Assembly: GCA_028284235.1 (NCBI GenBank)
Contig: JANQSC010000020.1
Coordinates: forward strand, 128,248 to 192,247
DNA from: Opitutaceae bacterium
GTDB lineage: Bacteria; Verrucomicrobiota; Verrucomicrobiia; Opitutales; Opitutaceae
Direction: 5' to 3'
Length of the DNA stretch: 64,000 bases
Position 1 is the first letter of the stretch; each line of letters starts with the position of its first letter. Of the stretch, positions 19,648 through 29,198 are shown piece by piece. The notes below the pieces were generated by a model. That model was not told where the DNA came from. It saw only the letters and a program-made list of their open reading frames with translations, and did no database searches. The position numbers and the translations under genes are program-made.

Positions 19648-22600
19648 CTATTCCAGCGTGCTCATCCACTGCCAGATCGCCTCGAACTGCTTCTCCGAAT
19701 CGCCGTCGTAGTAGTTCGGATTTACCGCAGTCTCTTTGTCGCTCGTGTACTTCGGCATGATCGTCGTGGGGACAATGCGCTGCGGCCAGTGCATCCAGCT
19801 GTGATAGTACCCGGTCCGTAGACGTTCTCCCGACAGTCTCAAATTGGGGCCTTGCCCCTCGAACGCTTGAAGAGCAGGCGTATCCCCCACAGCATGACAC
19901 GTCACGCACGCGTAGCCCTCCAATCCAATCAACTTCGATCCAATCGCAACGGATTCTTCTTCAATTTTCGGGTGTTCCGCTTTGATCGGCACGCCTTGAC
20001 CCGCCGCCATACTTTTCGCCAGCAATTGAGCTCGACTCTTGAATGCTGGCATCCGCGCTTCCATCCACGGACGTGTTTTTTCCGCGGTCCCTGCAAACAA
20101 TTGCTCCAACCATTCAGCCTGCAACTTCTCCCCCGCTCGGCCGATGTCGGGTAGCGTATTCTCTCCGGAATGACATTGAACGCAATTCAGTCGCTCCATC
20201 GTCCGCTCCACGTATTCGCGTGGCGTCCAATTCGTCAGCGCGTTCGCGGTTGAATTGCGAAACGAGATCAGCGCCAGCCGATCCTCGGCAGACAGATTTA
20301 ACTCGGGGGCATTTCCTTTGTTCTCGGAAACGCAGCCCCGCGCAACCCAGTCCGCCTCCCACATTGCCTCGAATCCACTCGTCTCGACATGGAAGCGCTC
20401 ATTCCCGCCACCATGGCACACGAGACAGTTGTTTGCGACGATCGAACGACCCGCCTCTGTGTTGCCAGCGCCCGCGGTGGGCGTTTTCGGACGTTCCGCC
20501 AGCACATAGGCCGCGATATCCGAAGCCTCCTCTTCACTCAGTCGAAGGTCCGGGAAGACTGTATCCGGAAAATGCTTCGCGGGATGTTGCAAAAACTCGC
20601 GCAAGCCGCTGTCCGTGTGTTTCGACGATTCGGTCAACTCGTCGATCCAGAAGTTCAAATGCAGCGTATCCACCAGGGCTTTTCCCCTTTCCTCGCTCCC
20701 TGAAACGGGCTTCACCACATCGCCTGAACGCAGAGTCGCCAGATAGGCGGCAACATCCGCGGCGCGGTCCGGCGCGACCGTAGGACAAAGATCCTGAGGA
20801 TTCCGCACCCACGCTTCAATCCATCCTTGATTGAGGCGATTCCCAATATTCTCGAAATCAGGCAGCGTTTCTAGCAGCTCTGGCATTACCGTGCTCATGT
20901 CCATTCCGCGAGGCGTCTCATGACATTGAATACAGCGAGCAGCGGCAAAGAGCTCGCGCCCATCACGCCTACGGGCGTATTTTTCGATCAAGTCGTTGGA
21001 TACGGTCAAGAACGCCTCGTCCGGCACCGGTTCCCAAACGAAATTCTCGCCGCTCCACAAGAACTGCAATCGCCCTTCGCCGGGCTTGGCGCTCTGGTAG
21101 CTCGCGTAGATCGAATGCCCGCCGGACTCTAACTCGATCGGATCGCTCTTCAAGGGCAGCTCCCCTTCGAACACGCGCTCCCCGTCGATCAAAAGCGTGA
21201 CCCGCCCGTCTCCGACCATTTTAAAGGCGATCTGATCGCGCGACTCGACCACCAAAGTTCCCTCGAACAAAGTCTCAAACGTCTTCCTGACATTCATGAA
21301 CGGCGTGATCGGCGTTCCTTCCGGCACCGTGAACGCGATGCGGTCGACCATCACTGCATCGTCCGCGGCTTCGTAGGCCATGGTCATTGTCAAACCCGGC
21401 TCGCCCAAGGGCATCGAAGGCAAGTCCGGAAGATTCGTAAAGTCCAAGCCGTGCTCGGTGAACGCAGGACGCAAATTGTGAATCGTGTTCCAGATGGTCT
21501 CGCGAAACGGCTCTCCCGAGAGAGACGTGATGTCCATTTTTATCTCCATCTGCATCGCTTCCGTCATATGGGGCGCATACAGAAATACGGATCGCCCCCC
21601 GCCGAGAACCTTCGCCGCTCGAATGGCAACTGTATCCACATTGTTAACTGCCGCCTTTGACGGAGATTTCAAGGCCTCTGCTTCTAGCGCTTCGTCACGT
21701 CTGTCGATGGAGAACCGACCGCTCCCGTACTGCGGCCCCCAAATGTAATTCCACTTCTTTACGATGTAGCGGCGCGGATCTTCCGCTTGATCCGGATCGA
21801 TCGGTCCTGAAAAATCAATTACAATTCCGTTGTCATATGCGCGAATCCCCGTCGGCACTGGCGTCGACTCCTCCAAGTAACGCACGCGCTGGAATCCCGT
21901 ACCGCCGTTCGTCTGCCAGCCGCGCAGTCCGATCACATACAACTCCCCGCTCTTCGGATGGAACTTTCCCCGCTGGGCGGGAATAGACAGATCGATTGGC
22001 AGCTTATAGACGCCACCTTGAACCTGGCCGTCTACCTCGTCCCGCATCACTCGAAAAATCGACGATTTTCCGTAGGAAAAGTGTAGCATCTCGTTCCGGT
22101 GAACGGGTCCCCAGGGGCTGTTTTCCGGCACCCAAATCTGGCTCCCGCTCGAATTATCCACATTGTACGGCAGCCAAACCAAGGGACGCTCGTAATCGGT
22201 CGGCGCTCCGGGAAGCGTGCGGACGAAGTCCCGTCCGTCCCATTCGCTGGGCACCACGCCATGAAAACTGCCCGGTTGGCTCCAAGTGATTTTGCAGCGC
22301 GGCACGTGCGATCCTTCGTTCTCGCCCGTGGTAATCTCGCCGTTCGGGCCAACGCCCACACCACCCGGCGCCCGCAAGCCCCACGCATAGCGTTCCAAGG
22401 TCGAGCCATCGGGGCTCACTTTTAAAACCGATCCGCTGTGATCGGTCCACGGACTAAACCCCCGCCCGCCCGCTTGCACCGGCATTCCTTTGGAAAAATA
22501 GAAATTCCCCTCGCGATCAGTCTCCAGGTCGAAACTGAATTCGTGAAATCCCTCCGTAATCAAAACGTCGTTGTTGAAGCACTCGTAGAAGTCCGCTTCG

Positions 22601-23778
22601 CCATCCTCGTTCAGATCGTGCAAGCGCGTGATCTGGTCGCGGCCCTGCGTGTAAATCACGCCGTCCACGATTTTCAATCCGAGGGTTTGAAACAAGCCAC
22701 TCGCAAACCGCTTCCAAGTGATCGATTGCAGATCGCCTTCCAGCCCTGCCGCAATCCAGACATCCCCGTTCCAAGTCGAAAACGCCGCCCGGGTCCCGTC
22801 CTCGAAAAAGTCGAATCCGCCGAAGCGAATATTGGAAAACCAGGGATTGTCGTTGGGCAGAGGTATTGTGTCGACCGTGTATGGAGTCGCATCGATTCCC
22901 AACTGGCCCGAGGTCTCGAGCGTTTCGGAGTAAATTCCCGGACCGCCCTCCGTCAGCGCGCTGAGCGATGTTTCTGCATATTCGGGAGCCACGTCTCCGT
23001 TCCTCGAATACACGAGCTCAAATCGGACTGTCGATTCCGAAGGCGGAACGGCAACTACAACTCGTCCATCCGAACGCGTTTCCAGAGAAACGCCGTCCCG
23101 GCCGCCGCGCACGTAGTGGGAGACTGCGCGCGACTCGTCCGCGCCTTCCTCGACCAGCAATTCGAGTCGCTTGTCCCTCGGGCCGAGCTCGAAAGATCGC
23201 GAGAGCATCCCGTTATTCAGTGACGGCATTTCCAGTACCGTCGCTCTCCCAACCGTGTACTTGAGGACCACGGAATCGCCATGACGATACAACCCTTTGA
23301 AGCGGCCCACTTCATGCGGCATAGGACCGTTTTTGAGCGGACGCGGATCCTCCCACTCGCCCTCGATCGCCCAACCGGGACCGCCTTCGTTGATGAAGAA
23401 ATACGCGTCGCGATCTTCCGGCATGTAGGAGTTGCCGTGATGCTGGCGATCCCAAGGCGTGCCCGCGAAACGAACCCGCCCTTCGAACCCCGCCACCATT
23501 CGCAGCAATTCCGTGTCGAAGACGACACTCGCTTCTTCGTTTGGACCCACTTTGATCGCCAAACCTTTCAACGCGGCGACCTTTCCGCGGGGTCCAAATT
23601 GCCGGAACGTGTCAGCGATGAAGGGCCCCGTATCGACGAGGTCCCACCAATCGGCGTTCGGCTTCTGCGCCGCCCGTTCCTGGGCGCGTTCGCCACGCGT
23701 TTGATCGGCAGCCTTCGTCGCGGCAACCAGGGTCGCTACGGACAGCAAAACAATAAGTACACGTTTTTGGATTCGCAT
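19648..23778 (-). CDS. Large exported DUF6797 / beta-propeller / PA14-like / multiheme cytochrome c protein
   Basis: Signal peptide; four CxxCH motifs (CIQCH 20920-20934, CLVCH 20413-20427, CVQCH 20170-20184, CVTCH 19894-19908); IRFGGFDFFEDG...STWNGDVW propeller region; domain names are from recognition, not a search. Confidence 0.85.
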   Translation of the reverse strand: MRIQKRVLIVLLSVATLVAATKAADQTRGERAQERAAQKPNADWWDLVDTGPFIADTFRQFGPRGKVAALKGLAIKVGPNEEASVVFDTELLRMVAGFEGRVRFAGTPWDRQHHGNSYMPEDRDAYFFINEGGPGWAIEGEWEDPRPLKNGPMPHEVGRFKGLYRHGDSVVLKYTVGRATVLEMPSLNNGMLSRSFELGPRDKRLELLVEEGADESRAVSHYVRGGRDGVSLETRSDGRVVVAVPPSESTVRFELVYSRNGDVAPEYAETSLSALTEGGPGIYSETLETSGQLGIDATPYTVDTIPLPNDNPWFSNIRFGGFDFFEDGTRAAFSTWNGDVWIAAGLEGDLQSITWKRFASGLFQTLGLKIVDGVIYTQGRDQITRLHDLNEDGEADFYECFNNDVLITEGFHEFSFDLETDREGNFYFSKGMPVQAGGRGFSPWTDHSGSVLKVSPDGSTLERYAWGLRAPGGVGVGPNGEITTGENEGSHVPRCKITWSQPGSFHGVVPSEWDGRDFVRTLPGAPTDYERPLVWLPYNVDNSSGSQIWVPENSPWGPVHRNEMLHFSYGKSSIFRVMRDEVDGQVQGGVYKLPIDLSIPAQRGKFHPKSGELYVIGLRGWQTNGGTGFQRVRYLEESTPVPTGIRAYDNGIVIDFSGPIDPDQAEDPRRYIVKKWNYIWGPQYGSGRFSIDRRDEALEAEALKSPSKAAVNNVDTVAIRAAKVLGGGRSVFLYAPHMTEAMQMEIKMDITSLSGEPFRETIWNTIHNLRPAFTEHGLDFTNLPDLPSMPLGEPGLTMTMAYEAADDAVMVDRIAFTVPEGTPITPFMNVRKTFETLFEGTLVVESRDQIAFKMVGDGRVTLLIDGERVFEGELPLKSDPIELESGGHSIYASYQSAKPGEGRLQFLWSGENFVWEPVPDEAFLTVSNDLIEKYARRRDGRELFAAARCIQCHETPRGMDMSTVMPELLETLPDFENIGNRLNQGWIEAWVRNPQDLCPTVAPDRAADVAAYLATLRSGDVVKPVSGSEERGKALVDTLHLNFWIDELTESSKHTDSGLREFLQHPAKHFPDTVFPDLRLSEEEASDIAAYVLAERPKTPTAGAGNTEAGRSIVANNCLVCHGGGNERFHVETSGFEAMWEADWVARGCVSENKGNAPELNLSAEDRLALISFRNSTANALTNWTPREYVERTMERLNCVQCHSGENTLPDIGRAGEKLQAEWLEQLFAGTAEKTRPWMEARMPAFKSRAQLLAKSMAAGQGVPIKAEHPKIEEESVAIGSKLIGLEGYACVTCHAVGDTPALQAFEGQGPNLRLSGERLRTGYYHSWMHWPQRIVPTTIMPKYTSDKETAVNPNYYDGDSEKQFEAIWQWMSTLE

Positions 23779-23900
23779 AGGTAAATAGTATGCTCGTCCC
23801 AGGGAATAGGTAACGGTATTTCCTGAGAATGTCAGCGACTCAAGGAGAAACTAAGGTGCAACAACAAGAATTCAATAAGTCGCTAGTTCTGTGTTTGAGT

Positions 23901-24011
23901 GTAGGGCCTTCGCTCTTGTCTCGGCGTAGCTCGAAGGGCAGAGACGGATGCGAAGCGCCGCGAAGTTAGATCAATTTTCAACTCGCGGCATGGCGCAAGC
24001 GCCAGCCCTAC
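23901..24011. repeat. GTAG-type REP doublet R2 with a 34-bp insertion in the left REP loop
   Basis: gtagggccttcgc[insert]tgcgaagcgccgcg ... cgcggcatggcgcaagcgccagccctac. Confidence 0.85.
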
Positions 24012-24025
24012 ATTTTCGACCGATC

Positions 24026-25432
24026 CTACACGCCCTCAATTCCGAAGTAGTCGGCCGCGTTCTGGAAACAAATGTTCTTCACCATTCCGCCGACAAGATC
24101 CATGTCACGCGGAAGAGCGCCGCTTTCCACGTCCGCTCCCACCAAATCGCACAAAACACGCCGGAAGTACTCGTGTCGCGGATACGACAAAAACGAGCGG
24201 GAATCCGTCAGCATTCCCACGAAACGGGGAAACAATCCGAGATTCGACAATGCGTTCATCTGCGCCTCCATCGCTTCCTTCTGATCGAGGTGCCACCAAC
24301 CCGTGCCCAGTTGCATCTTTCCGGGAGTTTTTCCGTCCTGAAAATTCCCCAGCATCGTCGCGACCGAGTAGTTGTCCGACCAATTCAAATTGTACACCAC
24401 CGTCTTCGGCAACTGGTTGGTCCGGTCCAGACTGTCGAAAAACCGGCCCATCACCCCGACCTGGGAAATGTCCGCGATCGAATCGAATCCCGTGTCCGGT
24501 CCAAGCGCCTCGAACATGCGTGTACTGTTGTTTCGCAGGGCCCCGACGTGGAGTTGCATCGTCCAGTCTTTGTCCGCGTTCCAGCGTCCCACTTCGCGCA
24601 TGAGATAGAATCCGAATTGCTCCTTCTCCTCCACTGTCGCCGCGACACCACTACGGGCCTTGTCGTAGATCGCGCCGATCGCCGCCTCACTCGTTTCCGC
24701 AAAGAAGCAACGCTCCAAACCATGATCCGTCAATCGACCGCCCATGTCGTGGAAAAAATCGTGTCGCGCTTTCAAGGCCGCGATGAATCCAGAAAAAGAG
24801 TCCACGTCCATCCCCGACACCTCGGACAAGCGTTCCGCCCATCCGTTGAAAGCGACCGGATTGTCCACCGCCAGCCCTTTGTCGGGTCGAAAAGTCGGCA
24901 CCACTTTCGTGTCGATACCGAGATTTTGAATCGCCTTGTGGTTGGCGAGCGAATCGACCGGGTCGTCCGTGGTGCCCACCACCTTGACCTTGAAATTCTC
25001 CAAGATGCCGTGAGCGCTGAGCGAGTCCTCCTTCAGTTTGGCATTCGCCGCATCCCAAATCTCCTGGGCTGTGTCTTCGTTGATTGACAAGTCGATTTCG
25101 AAGTAGCGCTTCAGTTCCAGATGGCTCCAGTGGTAAAGCGGATTGCGCAGCGTATTCGGCACCGTCCGACACCAGGCGAGAAACTTGTCGTACGGATCCG
25201 CGTCGCCGGTGCAGAGCTCCTCGGATACGCCATTGGCCCGCATCGCCCGCCACTTGTAGTGATCCCCTTCGAGCCAAATTTCAAACAGATTGGAGAAACG
25301 ACGGTTGCTCGCTACGTCTTCGGGCGGCAGGTGGCAATGATAGTCGTAGATCGGCTCGTCTTCGGCGTATCCATGATACAATTCCCGAGCGGCATCGCTC
25401 TGTAAAAGAAAATCATCGGTAATAAAGGTCAT
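24026..25432 (-). CDS. uxaC: Glucuronate/uronate isomerase
   Basis: MTFITDDFLL, IYDYHCHL, EIWLEGDHYKWRAMRANG, NPLYHWSHLEL and GMLTDSRSFLSYPRHEYFRR motifs. Confidence 0.97.
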   Translation of the reverse strand: MTFITDDFLLQSDAARELYHGYAEDEPIYDYHCHLPPEDVASNRRFSNLFEIWLEGDHYKWRAMRANGVSEELCTGDADPYDKFLAWCRTVPNTLRNPLYHWSHLELKRYFEIDLSINEDTAQEIWDAANAKLKEDSLSAHGILENFKVKVVGTTDDPVDSLANHKAIQNLGIDTKVVPTFRPDKGLAVDNPVAFNGWAERLSEVSGMDVDSFSGFIAALKARHDFFHDMGGRLTDHGLERCFFAETSEAAIGAIYDKARSGVAATVEEKEQFGFYLMREVGRWNADKDWTMQLHVGALRNNSTRMFEALGPDTGFDSIADISQVGVMGRFFDSLDRTNQLPKTVVYNLNWSDNYSVATMLGNFQDGKTPGKMQLGTGWWHLDQKEAMEAQMNALSNLGLFPRFVGMLTDSRSFLSYPRHEYFRRVLCDLVGADVESGALPRDMDLVGGMVKNICFQNAADYFGIEGV

Positions 25433-25465
25433 AGTCTCAAAATTCGCTTGTTCGGTCCTCAGTCC

Positions 25466-27337
25466 CTACGCCCCAGTCGCAATCCCCTGTAAAAAATCGT
25501 CGTAGCTCGCGCAATTTCGCAATCGACTCAGAGCAGCGTCGCACGTATCCGCATCCGCGATACCCGTATTGCGGGCTAGAAAAACAATGTACTCCGCCAC
25601 TCGCTGGCAATACCGCAACCGGCCTTCATCGCTGATCGAGTAGAATCGAGCCCGCTGCCGATACCCTGCTGGAGAGTGGTCGCCCAACGCGTCCTTTTCC
25701 ACCCGGCCATCCGCCGCCAATACGTAAAGAAAATTGTATTCGAACCAGAACATGTGATCCGGATGCGGCGTCAGCGCTTCCAGCGCCGCCCGGCACTCTT
25801 CTTTTGATCCGAACACGTCCGTCGAAACCTTTTCGAACGCGAGCGCGCTCATGATGAACTCCCGGGCCATATCGCGCTCCGTTTCCGATTCGCTGAACGC
25901 GCCCGCTACCGCGAGATCGAGCGTAAACGCGTACCAGTCCCTCCACAGCTTTTGATCGACGGGATCGCTCGAACCCGAAAGAGCCACGCCCATTTCATAC
26001 GTGTAGCGTCCGCTCGTCTTGATCTCCAAATTGCCGCCCGTAACCGCGCCCATGACTTGGTAGTTCTCCGCCGATTTTCCCGAACCGGAGTGAAACCCAA
26101 TACTCACGCCAAAGGCCGCACACACCGTCCATTGGCGTTCCGCGAGCGCCTTCAACTCCCCATTATCCGGATACGGAATGTTCTTCTGAAATCCAAACGC
26201 TGGCGCCACGAAGTTCACCGACATATCCATCGCCTCGCACAGCGCGAGCATGATGGCGGTCGTCTCCGGAGTCGTCAGGCCGGGAAGCTCGTCGATCGAC
26301 AACTCGCGCAAATACGCTCGCCCCACTTCGGTCGTAAACGCCGCTTCCCTGGCGGCCCGATACTTCGCGTCGCGGGCCTTCATTTTCTTCATCGCCGGCC
26401 ACACATAGCACAGCAAAGCGTCGCATTCGGCTGCATCCATGGAAAGTCCCGCTGCTTCGACGCGCTTCGAGACCCACTCGACTAACGAAGCGTCGATCTC
26501 GGCCGCGACAAACGTCCGCTTCTCGCTCTCGGTCTCTGGAACAGTCGTTTCCGCCAGTTCGGGTGAGAGATCGAAAGTGATATACGAAGCGAAGAGGCAA
26601 CCAGCAACGAGGGCGTCCTCCCGTTCGTCGAACTTGCCGCCAATCGGCTGATGGTCGGCGTTGAAACTCCAGGGAATCCCTCGTCTGTGGAACCCTGTCT
26701 TCAGTTTCGCCAACACGCTGCCGTGACTCATTCCCTCGACCGACTGCCCCTGGTGGCCTTCCGGCACATTCGTGCCGATAAAGGGAAACGGAACGGTATC
26801 GAGCTCATCCGCGAGCATGACATCGACGTCGAACACCAACTCCCGCGGAATGCTGTTTTGATTGGCAGTCAAGCCGATGTCCAAATTCGACATCGCCCAG
26901 TCGACACCCGGCCAATGCAGCGTGGTAAAACGGGCTCCGATACCCAACGTGCTCTTGCCCAACGGCGCCGCCGCGCCCGGAAAAATCGTATTTTCGGGAT
27001 CGCTTTCCTGTATCCGATTTTTGAGGGCGATCAAATTCTCGAAAGTCGCCGGGAAATAAGCCGCGTCGCCGATCGACACGCCATCGCTGAGAGCCTTCAA
27101 CGGATCGATCCCGTCAGCCGCGTGCAGTTCCCACGCATGGTCGCCGAGAGTATCCTCCACCAGCGCCCAAGCGCCCTCGGCCGTTTCAAATCCGCTTTGC
27201 GGGTAGCGCGTGATTCCGCTGTTCGATTCGAGATTCGCGCGAAGACCATCCCAATCGAGACAGAAATCGGGGCTGATGCAGGGATTGCGGGCAATCCGAA
27301 TGTCGTTCGACAGCAAGAACTGGTTGATTGGCTTCAT
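25466..27337 (-). CDS. uxaE: Tagaturonate/fructuronate epimerase family protein with extended termini
   Basis: QNSIPRE, FNADH, ITFDLS, ELSIDE, GFHSGSGK and EIKTSG match the UxaE motif order; directly upstream of uxaC. Confidence 0.8.
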   Translation of the reverse strand: MKPINQFLLSNDIRIARNPCISPDFCLDWDGLRANLESNSGITRYPQSGFETAEGAWALVEDTLGDHAWELHAADGIDPLKALSDGVSIGDAAYFPATFENLIALKNRIQESDPENTIFPGAAAPLGKSTLGIGARFTTLHWPGVDWAMSNLDIGLTANQNSIPRELVFDVDVMLADELDTVPFPFIGTNVPEGHQGQSVEGMSHGSVLAKLKTGFHRRGIPWSFNADHQPIGGKFDEREDALVAGCLFASYITFDLSPELAETTVPETESEKRTFVAAEIDASLVEWVSKRVEAAGLSMDAAECDALLCYVWPAMKKMKARDAKYRAAREAAFTTEVGRAYLRELSIDELPGLTTPETTAIMLALCEAMDMSVNFVAPAFGFQKNIPYPDNGELKALAERQWTVCAAFGVSIGFHSGSGKSAENYQVMGAVTGGNLEIKTSGRYTYEMGVALSGSSDPVDQKLWRDWYAFTLDLAVAGAFSESETERDMAREFIMSALAFEKVSTDVFGSKEECRAALEALTPHPDHMFWFEYNFLYVLAADGRVEKDALGDHSPAGYRQRARFYSISDEGRLRYCQRVAEYIVFLARNTGIADADTCDAALSRLRNCASYDDFLQGIATGA

Positions 27338-27449
27338 GAGGAAAAAGGAGGACCCCCTAACACGTGTTGGCGGACTAAGAGGCCACTATTCGCAATCGCA
27401 GGCAAAAAGAAAGCGCAAAAATCGCTTAATCCGCCCACTGCGAGAATCG

Positions 27450-27640
27450 ACAGGATTGTTTTTACAACAGGATGCGCTGCGCTCACTTGATCCCGTCCCG
27501 CTCTGCAGGCCGAGAACTTGATGATTCGGCAAACCCTCGTGTTTCTGGGTTGGCTAGCTACCACAAAGCCAAAATCATCAAGTTCCCGCGCTAGCGGGAT
27601 CAAACGAGCGCAGCGCATCCTGTTGTAAAAACAATCCTGT
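27450..27640. repeat. Family A element, copy A4
   Basis: Perfect 35-bp terminal inverted repeat acaggattgtttttacaacaggatgcgctgcgctc / gagcgcagcgcatcctgttgtaaaaacaatcctgt; inner words aacttgatgatt / aatcatcaagtt. Confidence 0.9.
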
Positions 27641-27732
27641 TTCTTCCTCCAAGTATGGGCTTGCCCGTTCCGTAGCCCCCACACAAAATCGCCGCCTTTT
27701 CACGTTCAATCTCAACCACCCCTGATATTTCT

Positions 27733-28536
27733 ATGCCTCAAGTCGAAACCAACGGAATCACAATGAACTACGAGGAGCGCGGATCCGGCGATCCCCTCAT
27801 CCTTATCATGGGCATCACCGCCCCGGGCGCCGTTTGGGAAATCCACGCCGAACACTGGAGTTCGAAGTACCGTTGCATCATGGTCGACAACCGAGGCATC
27901 GGCGGCACCGATAAGCCGGAAGGCGACTACTCCAGCGCCATGATGGCCGACGACTACGCCGGGCTTATGGACGCGATCGGCATCGAGTCCGCTCGCGTGG
28001 TCGGCGTATCCATGGGTTCTATCATCGCCCAGCAGCTTTGCCTGCGTCACCCCAGCAAAGTGAAAAGCGCAGTCCTCATGTGCCCTTGGGCTCGCTGCGA
28101 CCGCTACGCCGCTTCGATCTTCGAGCACATGAAAGCCTGTTTCGCCCACCTGTCACCCGCTCAATTCATGGAGTGGATACAGCTGCTCATCTTCACCAAA
28201 CCGTTTTGGGACAACGACGAAGCCCACGCCAGTTTGCTGGAAGGACGCCACGGATTCGCTCACGGCCCCGCGCCTCAGCCACTGCACGGACTCGAAGGGC
28301 AAGCCGCGGCGTGCATCAACCACGACGTTCACGCCCAGCTGGGCGAAATCTCCCAGCCTTGCCTCGTCATCGGCGGCAAGGACGACATCTTCACTCCGCT
28401 GTGGATGGGCGAGGAAGTGGCCAACGGCATCCCAAACTGCGACACGCATTTCTACGACGACGCCGGCCACGCCTTCCACTTCGAGAAAGTCGACGACTTC
28501 AACCCGCGGGTTTTGGAGTGGCTGGACAACCACTGA
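27733..28536 (+). CDS. Alpha/beta hydrolase (3-oxoadipate enol-lactonase-like)
   Basis: LILIMG, VDNRGIGGT, GVSMGS nucleophile elbow, GKDD acid, AGHAFHFE catalytic His. Confidence 0.9.
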   Translation: MPQVETNGITMNYEERGSGDPLILIMGITAPGAVWEIHAEHWSSKYRCIMVDNRGIGGTDKPEGDYSSAMMADDYAGLMDAIGIESARVVGVSMGSIIAQQLCLRHPSKVKSAVLMCPWARCDRYAASIFEHMKACFAHLSPAQFMEWIQLLIFTKPFWDNDEAHASLLEGRHGFAHGPAPQPLHGLEGQAAACINHDVHAQLGEISQPCLVIGGKDDIFTPLWMGEEVANGIPNCDTHFYDDAGHAFHFEKVDDFNPRVLEWLDNH

Positions 28537-28539
28537 GAT

Positions 28540-28654
28540 TTTTTCCCCACAGATTGCACAGATAAACGCAGATATTGGGTAGAGAATTCACATCGAGCTT
28601 TCTCAATTTTCGTAATCAATAAAATCTGAGTCCATCTGCGTAATCTGTGGGCAA
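28540..28654. repeat. Family C inverted-repeat element, copy C2 (opposite orientation to C1, 50-bp spacer)
   Basis: tttttccccacagattgcacagataaacgcagat ... atctgagtccatctgcgtaatctgtgggcaa. Confidence 0.85.
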
Positions 28655-28661
28655 TCCTCCC

Positions 28662-28994
28662 ATGACTCCCGATCAACTCGCTCACATCCGGTCAAAGATC
28701 GAAGCGCGGATCGAGGAGATCGACAACGCTCTGGCCGAGGACGACCCCGAGTCGAAACCGGTCGCGCCAGACGTCGCGATCGGGCGACTTTCTAGACTCG
28801 ACTCGATGCAGGCCCAGCAAATGAACCTGGCCCAGCAACGACGCCAACGGGAAGAAAAAGAGAAACTCGAAAGCGCCCTCGAGCGCATAGAAGACGGGAG
28901 CTACGGGATCTGCGCCTACTGTCTTTCGCCTATCGCCTACGAGCGCCTCGAAGCCATGCCCGATGCAGTAGTCTGCATCAGCTGCGCCCGATAA
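28662..28994 (+). CDS. TraR/DksA family C4 zinc-finger protein
   Basis: RLSRLDSMQ coiled-coil tip; YGICAYCLSPIAYERLEAMPDAVVCISC zinc finger; start MTPDQL at 28662. Confidence 0.9.
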   Translation: MTPDQLAHIRSKIEARIEEIDNALAEDDPESKPVAPDVAIGRLSRLDSMQAQQMNLAQQRRQREEKEKLESALERIEDGSYGICAYCLSPIAYERLEAMPDAVVCISCAR

Positions 28995-29012
28995 ATAGGG
29001 AAACAGGGTTGG

Positions 29013-29191
29013 TTTTTTAACAGGATGCGTCCCGCGCAGCGGGACTCACTTGATGGCCCCGTCGATGACGGGCCAACTTGATGATTCTGCAGATCCTGGT
29101 TCTTTCCCAACTCTTCCGAAACCCAAATTCATCAAGTTCCCGCGCTAGCGGGATCAAACGAGTCCGCAAAGCGGACCGTATCCTGTAAAAA
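29013..29191. repeat. Family A element, copy A5
   Basis: ttttttaacaggatgc-GTCCCGCgcaGCGGGAC-tcacttgat-hairpin-aacttgatgatt ... tcatcaagtt-CCCGCgctaGCGGG-atcaaacga-GTCCGCaaaGCGGAC-cgtatcctgtaaaaa. Confidence 0.9.
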
Positions 29192-29198
29192 CTAAAAC

